A DNA stretch of 64,000 nucleotides from Longimicrobiales bacterium (GCA_965248195.1 CBDFIQ010000002.1:1088001-1152000), one strand, 5' to 3'. Positions 51,827-62,383 are shown, counted from the stretch's first letter. Numbers and translations are program-made. Notes: generated from the sequence alone by a model not told the origin.

Positions 51827-53020
51827 ATGAAAGTCAAACGTTCCGCCCGCATCGCTGGACTGTTGCTGTTCGGCCTGCTCGCGGTCGGCCATGCCCACGG
51901 GCAATCGACGATCGGCGTCCCGGTGCCGCCGTTGGGGGAGGGACCTTGGGTCTTCGATACGGCCGAGCAGCACAAGATCCGCGTCAGCGTCGTGACCAGA
52001 GGACTCTCGCATCCATGGGCCATAGCCTTCCTTCCCGAGGGCGGCATGCTCATTACCGAGCGACCCGGCCGGCTTCGAGTCGTCCGCGACGACGTGCTCG
52101 ACCCGCACGCTATCTCGGGCGTGCCCCAGGTCAGAACCGACGGTAACGGTGGCCTGATGGACGTCGCTCTCCATCCCCAATTCTCCGAAAACGGACTGGT
52201 ATATCTGACCTATACGAAGCCGGTGGAAAAGGGCTGGGGCGCCCCAGCGCTCGCGGTGGGCCGGCTCGAGGCGGGAGCGCTCAGCGACGTCAGAGATCTC
52301 GTGGTGACCGAAGCGTTCGAGGGCAACTCGGGTCTCAACGGTCGTGTCGCCTTCGGGCGTGATGGCAAGGTCTACATGTCCACAGGCGGTCGGGTAGGGA
52401 ATGCCGCACAAGACCCGATGAGCCTCCGTGGCAAAGTCCTGCGGCTCAACGACGATGGTACGGTGCCACCGGACAACCCGTTCGTGGACCGCCAAGGCTA
52501 TCGGCCGGAGATCTACACCTTGGGACACCGCAACACGCTGGGCCTCATGCTCCACCCGGAGACGGGGGCGCTGTGGCAGCACGAGAACGGGCCCAACGGC
52601 GGCGACGAGATGAATATCCTCGCGCCCGGCCGCAACTACGGATGGCCGGTCGTCAGCTTCGGACGCAACTACTCCGGCGACCGGATTACCGAGCATCCGA
52701 CGCACGAAGGGATGGAATCGCCCCTCGTGGTCTGGCTACCTGCGATCGCGGTCGCAGGTATGGCGGTCTACACGGGCGACCGGTTCCCCGCGTGGAGAGA
52801 CAACGTCTTCGTCGGATCGCTTCGCCAGGGTGGCATACCGGGCACGGGCCACCTTCAGCGGATCGTCTTCAACGAGAGAACCGAGGAGTTGCGCCGCGAG
52901 TCGATCTTGACCGAGCTCAGGCAGCGGATCCGGGAAGTACGCGAAGGCCCAGACGGATTCCTGTACCTGCTGACGGACGAAGACGACGGCGCCCTACTGC
53001 GTATCGAACCCGCTCCGTGA
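51827..53020 (+). CDS. PQQ-dependent sugar dehydrogenase (GSDH/YliI-like)
   Basis: GLSHPWAIAFLP, TERPG, GHRN, NYGWP, GPDG.LY. Confidence 0.92.
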   Translation: MKVKRSARIAGLLLFGLLAVGHAHGQSTIGVPVPPLGEGPWVFDTAEQHKIRVSVVTRGLSHPWAIAFLPEGGMLITERPGRLRVVRDDVLDPHAISGVPQVRTDGNGGLMDVALHPQFSENGLVYLTYTKPVEKGWGAPALAVGRLEAGALSDVRDLVVTEAFEGNSGLNGRVAFGRDGKVYMSTGGRVGNAAQDPMSLRGKVLRLNDDGTVPPDNPFVDRQGYRPEIYTLGHRNTLGLMLHPETGALWQHENGPNGGDEMNILAPGRNYGWPVVSFGRNYSGDRITEHPTHEGMESPLVVWLPAIAVAGMAVYTGDRFPAWRDNVFVGSLRQGGIPGTGHLQRIVFNERTEELRRESILTELRQRIREVREGPDGFLYLLTDEDDGALLRIEPAP

Positions 53021-53129
53021 GGCGGGTGCGGAGGCCACACCCCGCGTCATTCCCCGACGAGGCCGGAAAGGCTTGGTGAGCGCGGGCGCGCAAGAGCCCG
53101 CCGCGGGCGGCGCCGGCGCGCCAGCATGC

Positions 53130-53262
53130 CTTCTACATGTTGCGTCCAGTCGGATTCTCCACCGTGCCGCACTCGTCGCCCAAGTAGCCGTTTCCACCGC
53201 AGTAGGTCGGGTCCTGGAGCTGAAGCAGGGATGCCGTCCGGATCCGTGAAATAGAGGTTCGC
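53130..53262 (-). pseudogene. VOC/glyoxalase C-terminal fragment
   Basis: LYFTDPDGI / LLQLQDPTYCGG with a frameshift. Confidence 0.55.
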
Positions 53263-53389
53263 CCCCTCACCAGACGGCCGTGAACGTGCACAGCAAGGTG
53301 CACAGCTCGGGCCGGATTGGCCTAGCTAAAAGACGAACGAGGCGCTGACCGCATGCTGGTAAGGCAGGAGCGCCAGCTAAGGCGTGGGA

Positions 53390-53446
53390 CTCGATGGCGT
53401 AGCGGCCTTCTAATGCTGCGTTCAGGCGTGTGATGGCATCGGACAA
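53390..53446 (-). pseudogene. N-terminal stub of a Ser/Thr kinase gene
   Basis: MSDAITRLNAALEGRYAIE resembles Hanks-kinase starts; GGAG RBS. Confidence 0.55.
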
Positions 53447-53560
53447 GGACGCACTCCGGGTTCAGACTGCGGTCAACATCCGAGCGCGGGGCGATGGGCG
53501 CAAGCAGATGGCCGGAGGTGCCGCCTTGGTATTGCCCCTATCTGAACGCCCGCGCGGGCT

Positions 53561-53630
53561 CAGCAGGTGGGTTCGCGAAACTGTGCCGGAGGGTGTGGGT
53601 CGTGACGTGCTTCTCGATCCCGGCGGCCTC
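53561..53630 (-). pseudogene. XerC/IntI-like recombinase box II fragment
   Basis: EAAGIEKHVTTHTLRHSFA(T)HLL. Confidence 0.7.
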
Positions 53631-53674
53631 CCGATTGGAGAAGCGGCCCTAATCTAGTGATGAGCACTCACCCA

Positions 53675-54517
53675 TCACCTGGGGGTGTCCATATTGATAG
53701 CGATGTAGCCGAACGAGTCCGGCGGACCAGATTCATTGTTCCTGGTCTCCACCCACTGATGTGGTGTTGTGGCCGGCACGATCATGATGCCACCCTTCCT
53801 GATTTGATAATAGGCCGCAGGCCCGACCGGTCTTCCGTCAATAATGTCCGCGCCGGGCGTACCGGTCATGTAGGTCGCCTCACCGTCCATCAACAGGAAG
53901 ATGTGGCTGTGATTCGGATGCGCTTCGGCACCGTCGCGCGCGCCCACCCGCTGCGCATAAAACACGACACCCGGGTCCCAGAGCAACGGATCTCGGGATC
54001 CTCCCGGCTCCGACATTCTCGTCCGGATCCTCTCGGAGCCGATGAGCTGCACGACGTCTGGAATTCCCCAAGTATTGCCGGATCTCGGCGTCTCTTTGTG
54101 CACTGCAAGATACGCGATCGTTCCCGTGGGTACTTCCTTCCACCAGTAGGGCGTATTTGCCGGAATGACGATCAAATCGCCCTCGTTCAAATCGCGACTC
54201 CGCCCTCCCTCGATCACACCGTTCGAAAGCGTTCCTTCTGTAATGAGAGTTGCGGAGCCCTCTTTGACGACAATGATGTGATTCGTTGTCTCATCCAGAA
54301 CGGCCGTGGGAGACGCGGAGATACGTTCGACCGCAATCGTTAGTCCCGGATCTTGAAGCAGAATGTCGCCCTCTGCCAGGGCCGCTTCCACTTCTGTGTC
54401 GGGGATGTATCCGGGCGACACCGGAGCAGCGAACTGAGCCGCGGCCACCGTGGGTAAACTCACGATGACCGTTACGACCGCCATTCCTACAACTGCCGAG
54501 AGCAACTTCATCATCAA
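53675..54517 (-). CDS. Secreted double-cupin protein
   Basis: Signal peptide; GDLIVIPANTP and GGIMIVPATTPHQW. Confidence 0.75.
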   Translation of the reverse strand: MMMKLLSAVVGMAVVTVIVSLPTVAAAQFAAPVSPGYIPDTEVEAALAEGDILLQDPGLTIAVERISASPTAVLDETTNHIIVVKEGSATLITEGTLSNGVIEGGRSRDLNEGDLIVIPANTPYWWKEVPTGTIAYLAVHKETPRSGNTWGIPDVVQLIGSERIRTRMSEPGGSRDPLLWDPGVVFYAQRVGARDGAEAHPNHSHIFLLMDGEATYMTGTPGADIIDGRPVGPAAYYQIRKGGIMIVPATTPHQWVETRNNESGPPDSFGYIAINMDTPR

Positions 54518-54808
54518 TTCGTCCTCCCTAGTCGTCCGAAGAAACTCGAAGGCATGGCGCCAACGGCGACGGCAGCTGATCGTTGTATCCTCCGCACTCG
54601 CAACACTGATAATCGAGAATCACCTCGGTATCAGAGGATCAGACCGCGTTCAACATCCGATAGCGGGGCGGTAGGCGCAAGCAGAAGCCCGTCACAAGCC
54701 CAGAATCCGCCGTTCGTAGCCTAACTTAGACGGTAATCTGCAGGGGGTTCATCGTCACCGTGGGCTCCATCACGATGGGACGACCTCTGTTCGGACCCCG
54801 GATTCTGG

Positions 54809-54957
54809 GCTCGCGTCACCCAACGCCACTGCTCTCGCATCGCCCAAACGCTCAACAACAGACCTCGTAAGCGACTCGGCTTCCGAACCCCTAAGGAGTG
54901 CTATGAAAACATCTCAACTATCTAGCCCGTGTTGCACTTCAAAGTTGATGCTGAGCC
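54809..54957 (+). mobile_element. IS30-family 3' remnant with right IR
   Basis: LNNRPRKRLGFRTP.E; gtgttgcacttcaaagttga. Confidence 0.8.
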
Positions 54958-55703
54958 GCAACTTCACCGCGCACTATATGAGCACATTGCAACATTCCAG
55001 CACGCTCGAGCGTTTTCCTCGATGCTTCGTTGTCGCTCGCGCATCGTGCCGCGGGGCGCCGTTCCATCTCATAGCAGATGCGCTTGAGTTCCTGAACAAG
55101 ATAGGTCCCGTAACCCTGACGACGATGCCCTGCGGCGACCTCCATGTAGATGTCGCCATACGGTGGGTTGTAGTGGAACATCAGTCCGCCTGTGGCGATC
55201 AGCTCACCGTTGAGGTCAAGGCCCCAGTCCCCGACTGGTTCATGAGAGTGCGGAAAGATGCTCCGTCGGTCGACGCCCGTTAGGGTGCGGAGAACGATGC
55301 CACCGATGGCATGCTGCGTGGTGAAGCCGTCTGTAAATAGAACCCTGTCGGTCACCAGTCCATTGGCGGACTCAAAGAGCGGCGCCATGAGGAAGGGGTC
55401 GTTCGTCTGAGCCTCGATCCAGCGGGGTCGTGCGGTCGTAACGAGTGCTCGAAACAGGTGCAGCGCGGCCGGTCGATGCCCTGGGACCACGTAGAACTCT
55501 TTAACGATCTCCCTTGGCGGATGGGGATCGCCGGCGACGGAGCCGTACCCAACGACTTCTCCCCGGACCTTCAGAAGATAGGAGTCGGTGAAGCCGCGCT
55601 CATGGTAGGAGTCGTGCACGATCTGGCAGTCCATGGCCCTTCGGTAGTCGTCCCTCAGGGAGAGGATTGCCTCAAGAGGCTTGCGAACAACCTCGATGCT
55701 CAG
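54939..55703 (-). CDS. Tandem GNAT N-acetyltransferase (start uncertain)
   Basis: V...HRRQGYGT, N.ASRKTLERAG. Confidence 0.8.
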   Translation of the reverse strand: MSIEVVRKPLEAILSLRDDYRRAMDCQIVHDSYHERGFTDSYLLKVRGEVVGYGSVAGDPHPPREIVKEFYVVPGHRPAALHLFRALVTTARPRWIEAQTNDPFLMAPLFESANGLVTDRVLFTDGFTTQHAIGGIVLRTLTGVDRRSIFPHSHEPVGDWGLDLNGELIATGGLMFHYNPPYGDIYMEVAAGHRRQGYGTYLVQELKRICYEMERRPAARCASDNEASRKTLERAGMLQCAHIVRGEVAAQHQL

Positions 55704-55856
55704 CGGTTCGACCAGGTGCGGTCCCCGTCGGTAATAGTTGCGGTCTAACGGATTTGCGATTCTGATCTTATAAGGCGAAAGGCTGACCTCACTCGAGCGT
55801 GGCGTTACGCTGATCTTGCTCAAAGGCCTGCGGCACCCAACCCAAGGAGGCCAGCC

Positions 55857-56259
55857 ATGTTTGTCGCAGGAATCGATGCTCACGCAACGTATTCGGTGAT
55901 CGCCATCGTGAGCAATACAGGTCAGCTCGTGGCCGGACCCATCCGGATCAAGAACACACAAGAGGATCGACTCGATGATCTACTTCAGCAGTATCAGCCC
56001 CTGGAGGTGGTCGTCGAGACGAGTCCGGCCTGGCCGTGGCTCTTCGATCGACTCCAAGAGCGGGGGATCGACTTCGTGCTCGCTCACGCCAAGCGGCTCC
56101 GAGTCATTGCCGAGTCCAACTACAAGAGTGACGACATCGACGCCGAGTTGTTGGCGCGTATGCGGCTCGCGGGCCTCATCCCCGAGGTCCATCCGAAGTG
56201 CATTGAACAACGGGAGCAGGCGGTACTGCTACGCAACCGGGCGAGACTCGTACGCGAAC
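55857..56259 (+). pseudogene. IS110 transposase N-terminal half, truncated by IS256 copy 4
   Basis: GIDAH, VVET, KSDDIDA DEDD motifs. Confidence 0.88.
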
Positions 56260-57635
56260 GGTAGTGTCCCTAGATTTGTGTAAAAGCGGATAAGCTGGAC
56301 AGGAGGGAAAGAAAAACGGAAGCTCCTCTGTTGTTGTTCACTGTCACATGAACCCGGGAGTCCGGGTCTGCAGAGCAGGCTCGGAACCGGAGAGGAGCTT
56401 CCGATGCAAGAGATTGTGGAGATCGGTCGGGCCACGCAAGACGAGCTACGCGATGATTTGCGCGAGCTGTTTCAAGGCGCGATCCGGCTGACGCTCGAGA
56501 TGGTGCTGGAAGAGGAGCTGAAGGCCATGGTAGGTGCACGCCGCTTCGAGCGGGTGGGAAGCCGGAAGGACCATAGGAACGGCACATACCTGAGGCGGCT
56601 GCTGACGAGCCTGGGGCAGATCGAGGTCGCCATGCCCCGGAGCCGGGACAACGGTTCGCCGGCCGACGTGATCGGCCGCTACCAGCGCAGGAGCCCCGAG
56701 CTCGACGAGATGATGGTCGAGGCGTATGTGAGCGGCGTGTCACAGCGCAAGATGGGCGACGTCACCGAGGCGCTGATGGGCGAGCGTGTTGGGCGCTCGA
56801 CGGTGAGTCGTGTGGCAAAACGGCTCGACGAGGCCGTGGAAGGGCTGCGCCGTGCGCCGATCGAGGGGCCTCACCCCTATCTGTACCTGGACGCCACGTT
56901 CTTGGACGCCCGCTGGGCCCGCAAAGTCGAGAACGTGAGTGCGCTCGTGGCGTATGCAGTGGGCCCTGAGGGTCACCGACGGCTCCTGGCCGTCACGCTG
57001 GGCGCTGAGGAGTCGCAGCAGAGCTGGTCGGAGCTCCTCGAGCAACTCCAGGACCGCGGCCTCGGCGGTGTCGAGCTCGTGATCGCCGATGAGCACGCAG
57101 GCCTGGCAGCTGCGGTCCGCCGCTTCCTGCCCGAGGCACGCCGTCAGAGGTGTACGGTCCATCTGCAGCGTAATGTGGGGGCGAGGGTCCCCCACCGCCT
57201 ACGCAAGCGCGTGGCGCGTGAGGTCTCGGTGATCTTCCAGACATCCGGACTCGCCGAGGCGAAGAAGCTCCTGGGCGAGTTCGGCGCACGCTGGAAGAAG
57301 GAGCTGCCCGAGGCCGTGGAGGTCCTGGAGCGGGGCTTCGGGGCAGCGACGCAGTTCTACGCGTTCCCCGAGGCGCACTGGCCCCGGCTGCGTACCACCA
57401 ACAGCCTCGAGCGGCTGCACGGCGAGATCAAACGCAGGATCAAGGCCGCCGGCGCCTTCCCGGACCGGGCCAGCGCCCTCAGGCTCATCACGGCCGTCGC
57501 ACTCAGGACCACACACGTCTGGGGCGACCGGCGTTACCTCGACCTCTCACTCCTCCAGAAACAGGAGGTCGCCCAAGCAGCCTAGCCGAAGGCGAGGAGC
57601 TTCCTCCGCTTTTACACACAAATCGGGACTTGACC
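56260..57635 (+). mobile_element. IS256-family element, copy 4 (transposase 56404-57585), no TSD
   Basis: Same ends and transposase; flanks tacgcgaac/tccatgcat. Confidence 0.95.
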
Positions 57636-58494
57636 TCCATGCATTCTGGAGGAGGTTAGTCAGGAGAATCCTCAAGAGCGCATTGTCCCCAAGGGCCTTG
57701 ATTCCAGCCTCTACCTCGAACGCCACGTCACGATCCGGGACCCGCGCACGCAAATCGTCGATGATGTCTTGTCCTAACGCTGAAAGGTTGACTTCCGCTC
57801 GACTGATCTCGGCTTGGTTCACGTCAGCGAGGTCGCGAAGGTCGTCGATGGTATACATCATGTGGCGGCCCGCGGCCCAAATGCGCTGTAGGTCGTCCTT
57901 CTCCTGTTCATCGAGGGAGTCGCCGAGGGTCTCGCGAAGCTGGTGGCTGAAGTTAGTAACGATCAGTAATGGGTTCCTCAGGTCGTGCGCTAGGGCGTAG
58001 TTGAACGCCTCTAGCTCCTGATTCGCCACTTCGAGTGCCGCGACCGAGTGTTCAAGCTCCCGCTCCGCAGCCGCCCGCTCAGTGATGTCTTGAACGGCGC
58101 AGCTTACTCCCACCACCGTGCCGTCCGGGGATCTGACGGGATAGAAGTTGTGTTGGAACGTCCTCATGATTCCGGGATGGGCCGGCGTCTGCGCCTCGAC
58201 GGTCTCCGCCTCGATCGGTTCACCGGTCGTGATCACCTGGCGTAGCTGCTCCTCGACGCCCCGTGCGACATCAGGAAGGACGTCGCCGACGCTTCGGCCC
58301 AGGTGTTCCTTGACCGCCAGCCCGTTGACGGCTGCGAGCCATTCGTTGATGTGGATATAGCGTAGGTCCATATCGAAGTAGCAGAGGCCCATGGGTGCCT
58401 TCCTATAGGCCAGGCCTTCCGGTTCGGGGTCTCGGACCCGGTTGGCCTGTTGGGCCGACCCGCCTCGAACTGGTGATCCTTTCCTATCTCCCAC
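57636..58494 (-). pseudogene. PAS-domain histidine kinase truncated in its ATPase domain by IS256
   Basis: PAS ending DITER, AHDLRNPL H-box, NLLQNAW N-box, then IS sequence. Confidence 0.88.
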
Positions 58495-58901
58495 CGTTAC
58501 CTCACTAGAACAAACGAAAGATCACCGACCGTCGGGGAGAGACGACCCCCACTTAGAAATTCGGCAACGCTAAGATACTCGATGGGACCAAGGAGAACGA
58601 CCTCGGGGGAGGTGCGGAAACGCACGCTCTGGATCAGCGAACCCAATCCGCCGGACCTCGGGTCCGCCGTAGCGGAAGAGTGTGTCGGAGATATGGCTCT
58701 CCTTTCTTTTTTGCCGGCACGTCCTGATGTCGCGAACTTTTCAAGGCGGGGGCGGGACGCCTCGCTTCCCGGGGGGGACAATTACTCTAGGGTGCCGTCG
58801 GGCTAGGCGCAAGCCGGGCAGTAGGCCCACTTCTCTCGGTCCAGGGGGCCGCTCACCCGATTCAGTTCATGCTTCTTAAGGAGTGATCTGATCCACGTAG
58901 T

Positions 58902-59075
58902 ATGAAGCTGCTAAGTACTGAAGAAGTGAGAGATTCTTTACAGGGAATTCTCGAGCTATCTCTCAAGACTGCTCAAGACATTCAGGGTGTCTTGGATGAC
59001 CTGGCTTCACGTCAACCCGTCCCGGAGGGAGCCGAACATCCTGAGGTGACACCCGACGAGGGCGAAGAACGCTAG
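58902..59075 (+). CDS. Possible 57-aa small protein
   Basis: Open frame MKLLSTEEVRDSLQGILELSL...; amphipathic helix. Confidence 0.35.
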   Translation: MKLLSTEEVRDSLQGILELSLKTAQDIQGVLDDLASRQPVPEGAEHPEVTPDEGEER

Positions 59076-59213
59076 GGTAGAGCCTCAAAATCCAATTACC
59101 GCGGGATGCATCATATTCTAGGAGACACAGGTTTGATGTCCTGGTCCGAATCTGTGAGCTGGTGAAGACCGGCCGCGAGCAGCGTCGGGCCCTTCGCAGG
59201 ACGCCGTACTTCC

Positions 59214-59302
59214 TCGAGATGGGCCGCCCTTATCGCTCGCATCTACAACGTCCTTCCGCTCGTCCGCCCGTCCTGCGGTGCTTCGATGCGCATCATCGCC
59301 TT
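59214..59302 (+). pseudogene. IS91-family transposase C-terminal fragment
   Basis: RWAALIARIYNVLPLV.PSCGASMRII. Confidence 0.7.
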
Positions 59303-59361
59303 AGCGCGGCGGCGACCTGGCCTCACGTATCGATACCGCCTCCACCGTGACAGGCTCGAAT

Positions 59362-60846
59362 TCACAATATGAGCCCGACGATCTCCCTAGCCTCTCCCGT
59401 TAGCTCGACGATGTGCATGCCCGTATTCGCCCGATCCACGAGATAGATGTAACCGCGATCATCGACCTCCACGTTGTTCGTCTGGATAGCGACTTTACAC
59501 TGGTCCTGGCCGGCTACAGTGATGCATCGCTCGGCGGTATTCTCGTTGATGGCGGGGATGTAATAGCCAACCTCGACGGGGTTGTAGGGGTCGCGAATAT
59601 CCACGACGCGCACGCCCGCATTGAACCAGGTGACAAACAGGAGCTTACCGTAGTAGATGGGCGTGAGATTCTCATTGGACCCATGGGCGCCGAAGCGTCC
59701 GCCTCGCTGGCAAAAGTCGCCGCTGGCATCAGGAACGTTGAAGCTGGAAACGGGCCATGGGTGCGCTTCGTCCGTAATTTCCACCATGAACATCATTTGC
59801 CGAGCCTGGTCCGTGCATTCGTTTCGGGTTTGTTCGTTCACGATTGCGACGAAATCCTGCCGATCCATGGCCTGATCGTTGGCAAACTCTTCGAGCTGCA
59901 TATCGAGGATCGGAAAGGCGGTGTGGGCGCCCATATAGTCCGGTAGCCTGAGCTGTCCGACCACGGGTGCGCTTAGCTCCTCTGCAGTCGGGTTGGCAGG
60001 ATCCACGAGCGAGTCATTGATGAGGATGTCGCGATCCAGGATCGCGAGCACACCGCGCTCCGCCGTACCGTGGCCGCAATAGACGCGGTTCTTTTCCACC
60101 ACCGAAACGCAGCCGTGCAGATCCATGGGGGCATCACCGGTCCCGCCCGGCTGCTGTCCGACCAGGCCGAAGTTGCGGATGAACTTCGGCTCCGACGGAT
60201 CGCTGAGATCATAGATCTGCATCATACGAAGCGTACGCCAGCCAGGGACGCCCGATACGAGATAGGCGATGCCGGTCTCGCACTCCCACCAGGTCTTGTG
60301 GGTATCCGTGAGGCCGTCCACAAGGAGACTCAGCAGCTCCGGCGCAGCAGGATCAGTCACATCGAAAACCTGATGGTAGGAGGCGCCGGCTCGCAGTAAG
60401 TAGGCTCGGCCGGCTCGGCCGTTCGCTAGCTCGTCGCCCGTGCAAATTCGTACCATCTGGGCCCCTGAGCTGCCCTCAATGGGGGGGATGTGGTGAAGAT
60501 AGACCGGATTTTCCGGGTCTGTGACGTCGACGATCGACGTCCCGTTCTGCTCGACGTCACCTGTTAACGTATTCAGAGCCTCCCCGGCATGATGTCCGAC
60601 ATAAGCGATCCATCGTTCTTCCCCGGCGACGATCTGTCGCTTGATCTCAGGTTGATAGGCCGTTCGGGCTTGAAGCGCTTCGTGACCGAGTAGGCGCACG
60701 TTATCGCTCTGGGCCCGATTCGGGCCGTCAGGCGCGACCGGACTGGCCCAGAGATTCTGTTGGCTGACCGCCGCTAGGCTCAAGGCGCCTAACACGATCA
60801 TCAGGAAGAGCGCACGGAGGAGTCTCCGGTGGTGTGATGGCTGCAT
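59362..60846 (-). CDS. Secreted LVIVD-repeat protein
   Basis: IVDVTDP, VFDVTDP, IYDLSDP, VVDIRDP repeats; signal peptide. Confidence 0.85.
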   Translation of the reverse strand: MQPSHHRRLLRALFLMIVLGALSLAAVSQQNLWASPVAPDGPNRAQSDNVRLLGHEALQARTAYQPEIKRQIVAGEERWIAYVGHHAGEALNTLTGDVEQNGTSIVDVTDPENPVYLHHIPPIEGSSGAQMVRICTGDELANGRAGRAYLLRAGASYHQVFDVTDPAAPELLSLLVDGLTDTHKTWWECETGIAYLVSGVPGWRTLRMMQIYDLSDPSEPKFIRNFGLVGQQPGGTGDAPMDLHGCVSVVEKNRVYCGHGTAERGVLAILDRDILINDSLVDPANPTAEELSAPVVGQLRLPDYMGAHTAFPILDMQLEEFANDQAMDRQDFVAIVNEQTRNECTDQARQMMFMVEITDEAHPWPVSSFNVPDASGDFCQRGGRFGAHGSNENLTPIYYGKLLFVTWFNAGVRVVDIRDPYNPVEVGYYIPAINENTAERCITVAGQDQCKVAIQTNNVEVDDRGYIYLVDRANTGMHIVELTGEAREIVGLIL

Positions 60847-60987
60847 GGGTTCTCTCCTAAAGTGGCGCACAGGCTCGGAATCGTTGACCAAAATTCGGCC
60901 TCTCACCGGGCCGATCGGCCCGAGTCACGTTGACCGATGGGCTCTCCATCGAGCCAAGCTAGAGCTCCTCGAGCACAGGCGCCGGGC

Positions 60988-62043
60988 TCAGCGCGCCGTG
61001 TAGGTTCGGCTGAACCCGTTGCGGCTGTTCGTGATGGTGAACGTGCCGTCCTGGCTGACCGACGCCCGAATCCAATGACCGTTGCACTCAGCGGTCTCTT
61101 CCAGGTTCGCGATCATGTCTTCCGCCGTGTTGTGGGCCGGATCCGGATCGAGCAGCGAACGGTGGCCCTGCCAAATCCCTTCGATGCCCGGACTCTCCGC
61201 GATTCGGTCGTAGTGCGCCGTCGAGACCTCGCGAAAACCGGGTGATGTGCCCCCCAGCCCCTTCCGCGGACCGTTGTTCACGACGACGACCTGAGGCTTG
61301 ATCGCATAGAGGTGCGTCGGCGAGCCCGCGTCGTCCCAGGCTCCATGGCGACTCGTCTGATAGAGCGTGACCTCGCCCACCTTGTTGACGGGGCACGACA
61401 GCTCGACCTCCTTCGCCCAGTTCAAATCCCCGAGGTCGAGAAAGGTGAACCGGCCGTATGTGAAGAGTGCCCCGACGCTGCGCTGATTCTCCGGACTGGC
61501 CTGCGGTTTGTGTTCAGCCGTCACGCACAGCGTGTTTGATCCGCCGTCGTTGACGGGTGTCGTAACGAGTCGACCATCCGAGGCGATGACGTCGATCTCG
61601 ACTGATCCGAACGGGATCTTTTCGCCCGCCTCGACGGCGACTCTCTTGTCGCCGCAGACGCTGAGGTACACGTCGAGCCATTGCTGATTGCTCTCCTCGG
61701 TGGTGGTCCCATGGTCGAAGCATTTCTCGATCGGGATCATCTCGGCGAGCGCTTGAAGCCCGCCCACGTGATCCCGGTGGAAGTGCGTGATGACCAGGTA
61801 GTCTATCTTGGTCAGGCCGGCCTCTCGAGTCGCCGCGAGAATTCGCGATGCGTCCCGGTTATCAGCCCCGGGGTAGCCAGTATCGATGAGCAGCGATTCC
61901 TCGGTGGGAGACACAACCAGGGTAGCGGCGCCGCCTTCGACGTCCACCCAGTAGATGTCGAAGGTCGGCGACTGCGCCGCGGTTTCGACAGGGATGTACA
62001 ACAGCCCGATGAGCCACATCCAACGCACGCCTGGTTTCGACAT
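60988..62043 (-). CDS. ComEC/Rec2-like metallo-beta-lactamase-fold hydrolase
   Basis: DVEGG, LIDTG, THFHRDHVGG, GDL, HG. Confidence 0.88.
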   Translation of the reverse strand: MSKPGVRWMWLIGLLYIPVETAAQSPTFDIYWVDVEGGAATLVVSPTEESLLIDTGYPGADNRDASRILAATREAGLTKIDYLVITHFHRDHVGGLQALAEMIPIEKCFDHGTTTEESNQQWLDVYLSVCGDKRVAVEAGEKIPFGSVEIDVIASDGRLVTTPVNDGGSNTLCVTAEHKPQASPENQRSVGALFTYGRFTFLDLGDLNWAKEVELSCPVNKVGEVTLYQTSRHGAWDDAGSPTHLYAIKPQVVVVNNGPRKGLGGTSPGFREVSTAHYDRIAESPGIEGIWQGHRSLLDPDPAHNTAEDMIANLEETAECNGHWIRASVSQDGTFTITNSRNGFSRTYTAR

Positions 62044-62383
62044 GCTCAACTCCTTGTGTCGAGGCACCGATTCTACGGCAGGTGGCATGGCTCTTGATCG
62101 CCATAGCGGCCTCGTCGTCGGACGGGCGTCCTACGGGAGCGTCAGTCAGGCGGCGGGGCCAGCACCGGCCACCGGCAAGCCGATAACATGAAGCGCGGCC
62201 CGCGGACCCGCTAGATGCCGTGGACACGGATGTGACGCCCTTCAAGCAGAGACGGCCACCCCCATCGTTTCGGGCGCGGCCGTCCGGGGAGCTTGTGAAG
62301 CTGGCGGAGGAGCTCGAGGAGCGGGGGACGTTTTGCCCGCTGGCGGTCCGAGGTTCCTGAGACGACCCGCCCGTCCTGTACTT

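Noticed and set aside
53561..53630. Functional integron
   Set aside because: Only a ~23-codon recombinase relic; no IntI-specific insertion or attC array visible.
58803..58814. taggcgcaagc as a fifth leader-repeat copy
   Set aside because: Only about 11 bp match; could be chance.
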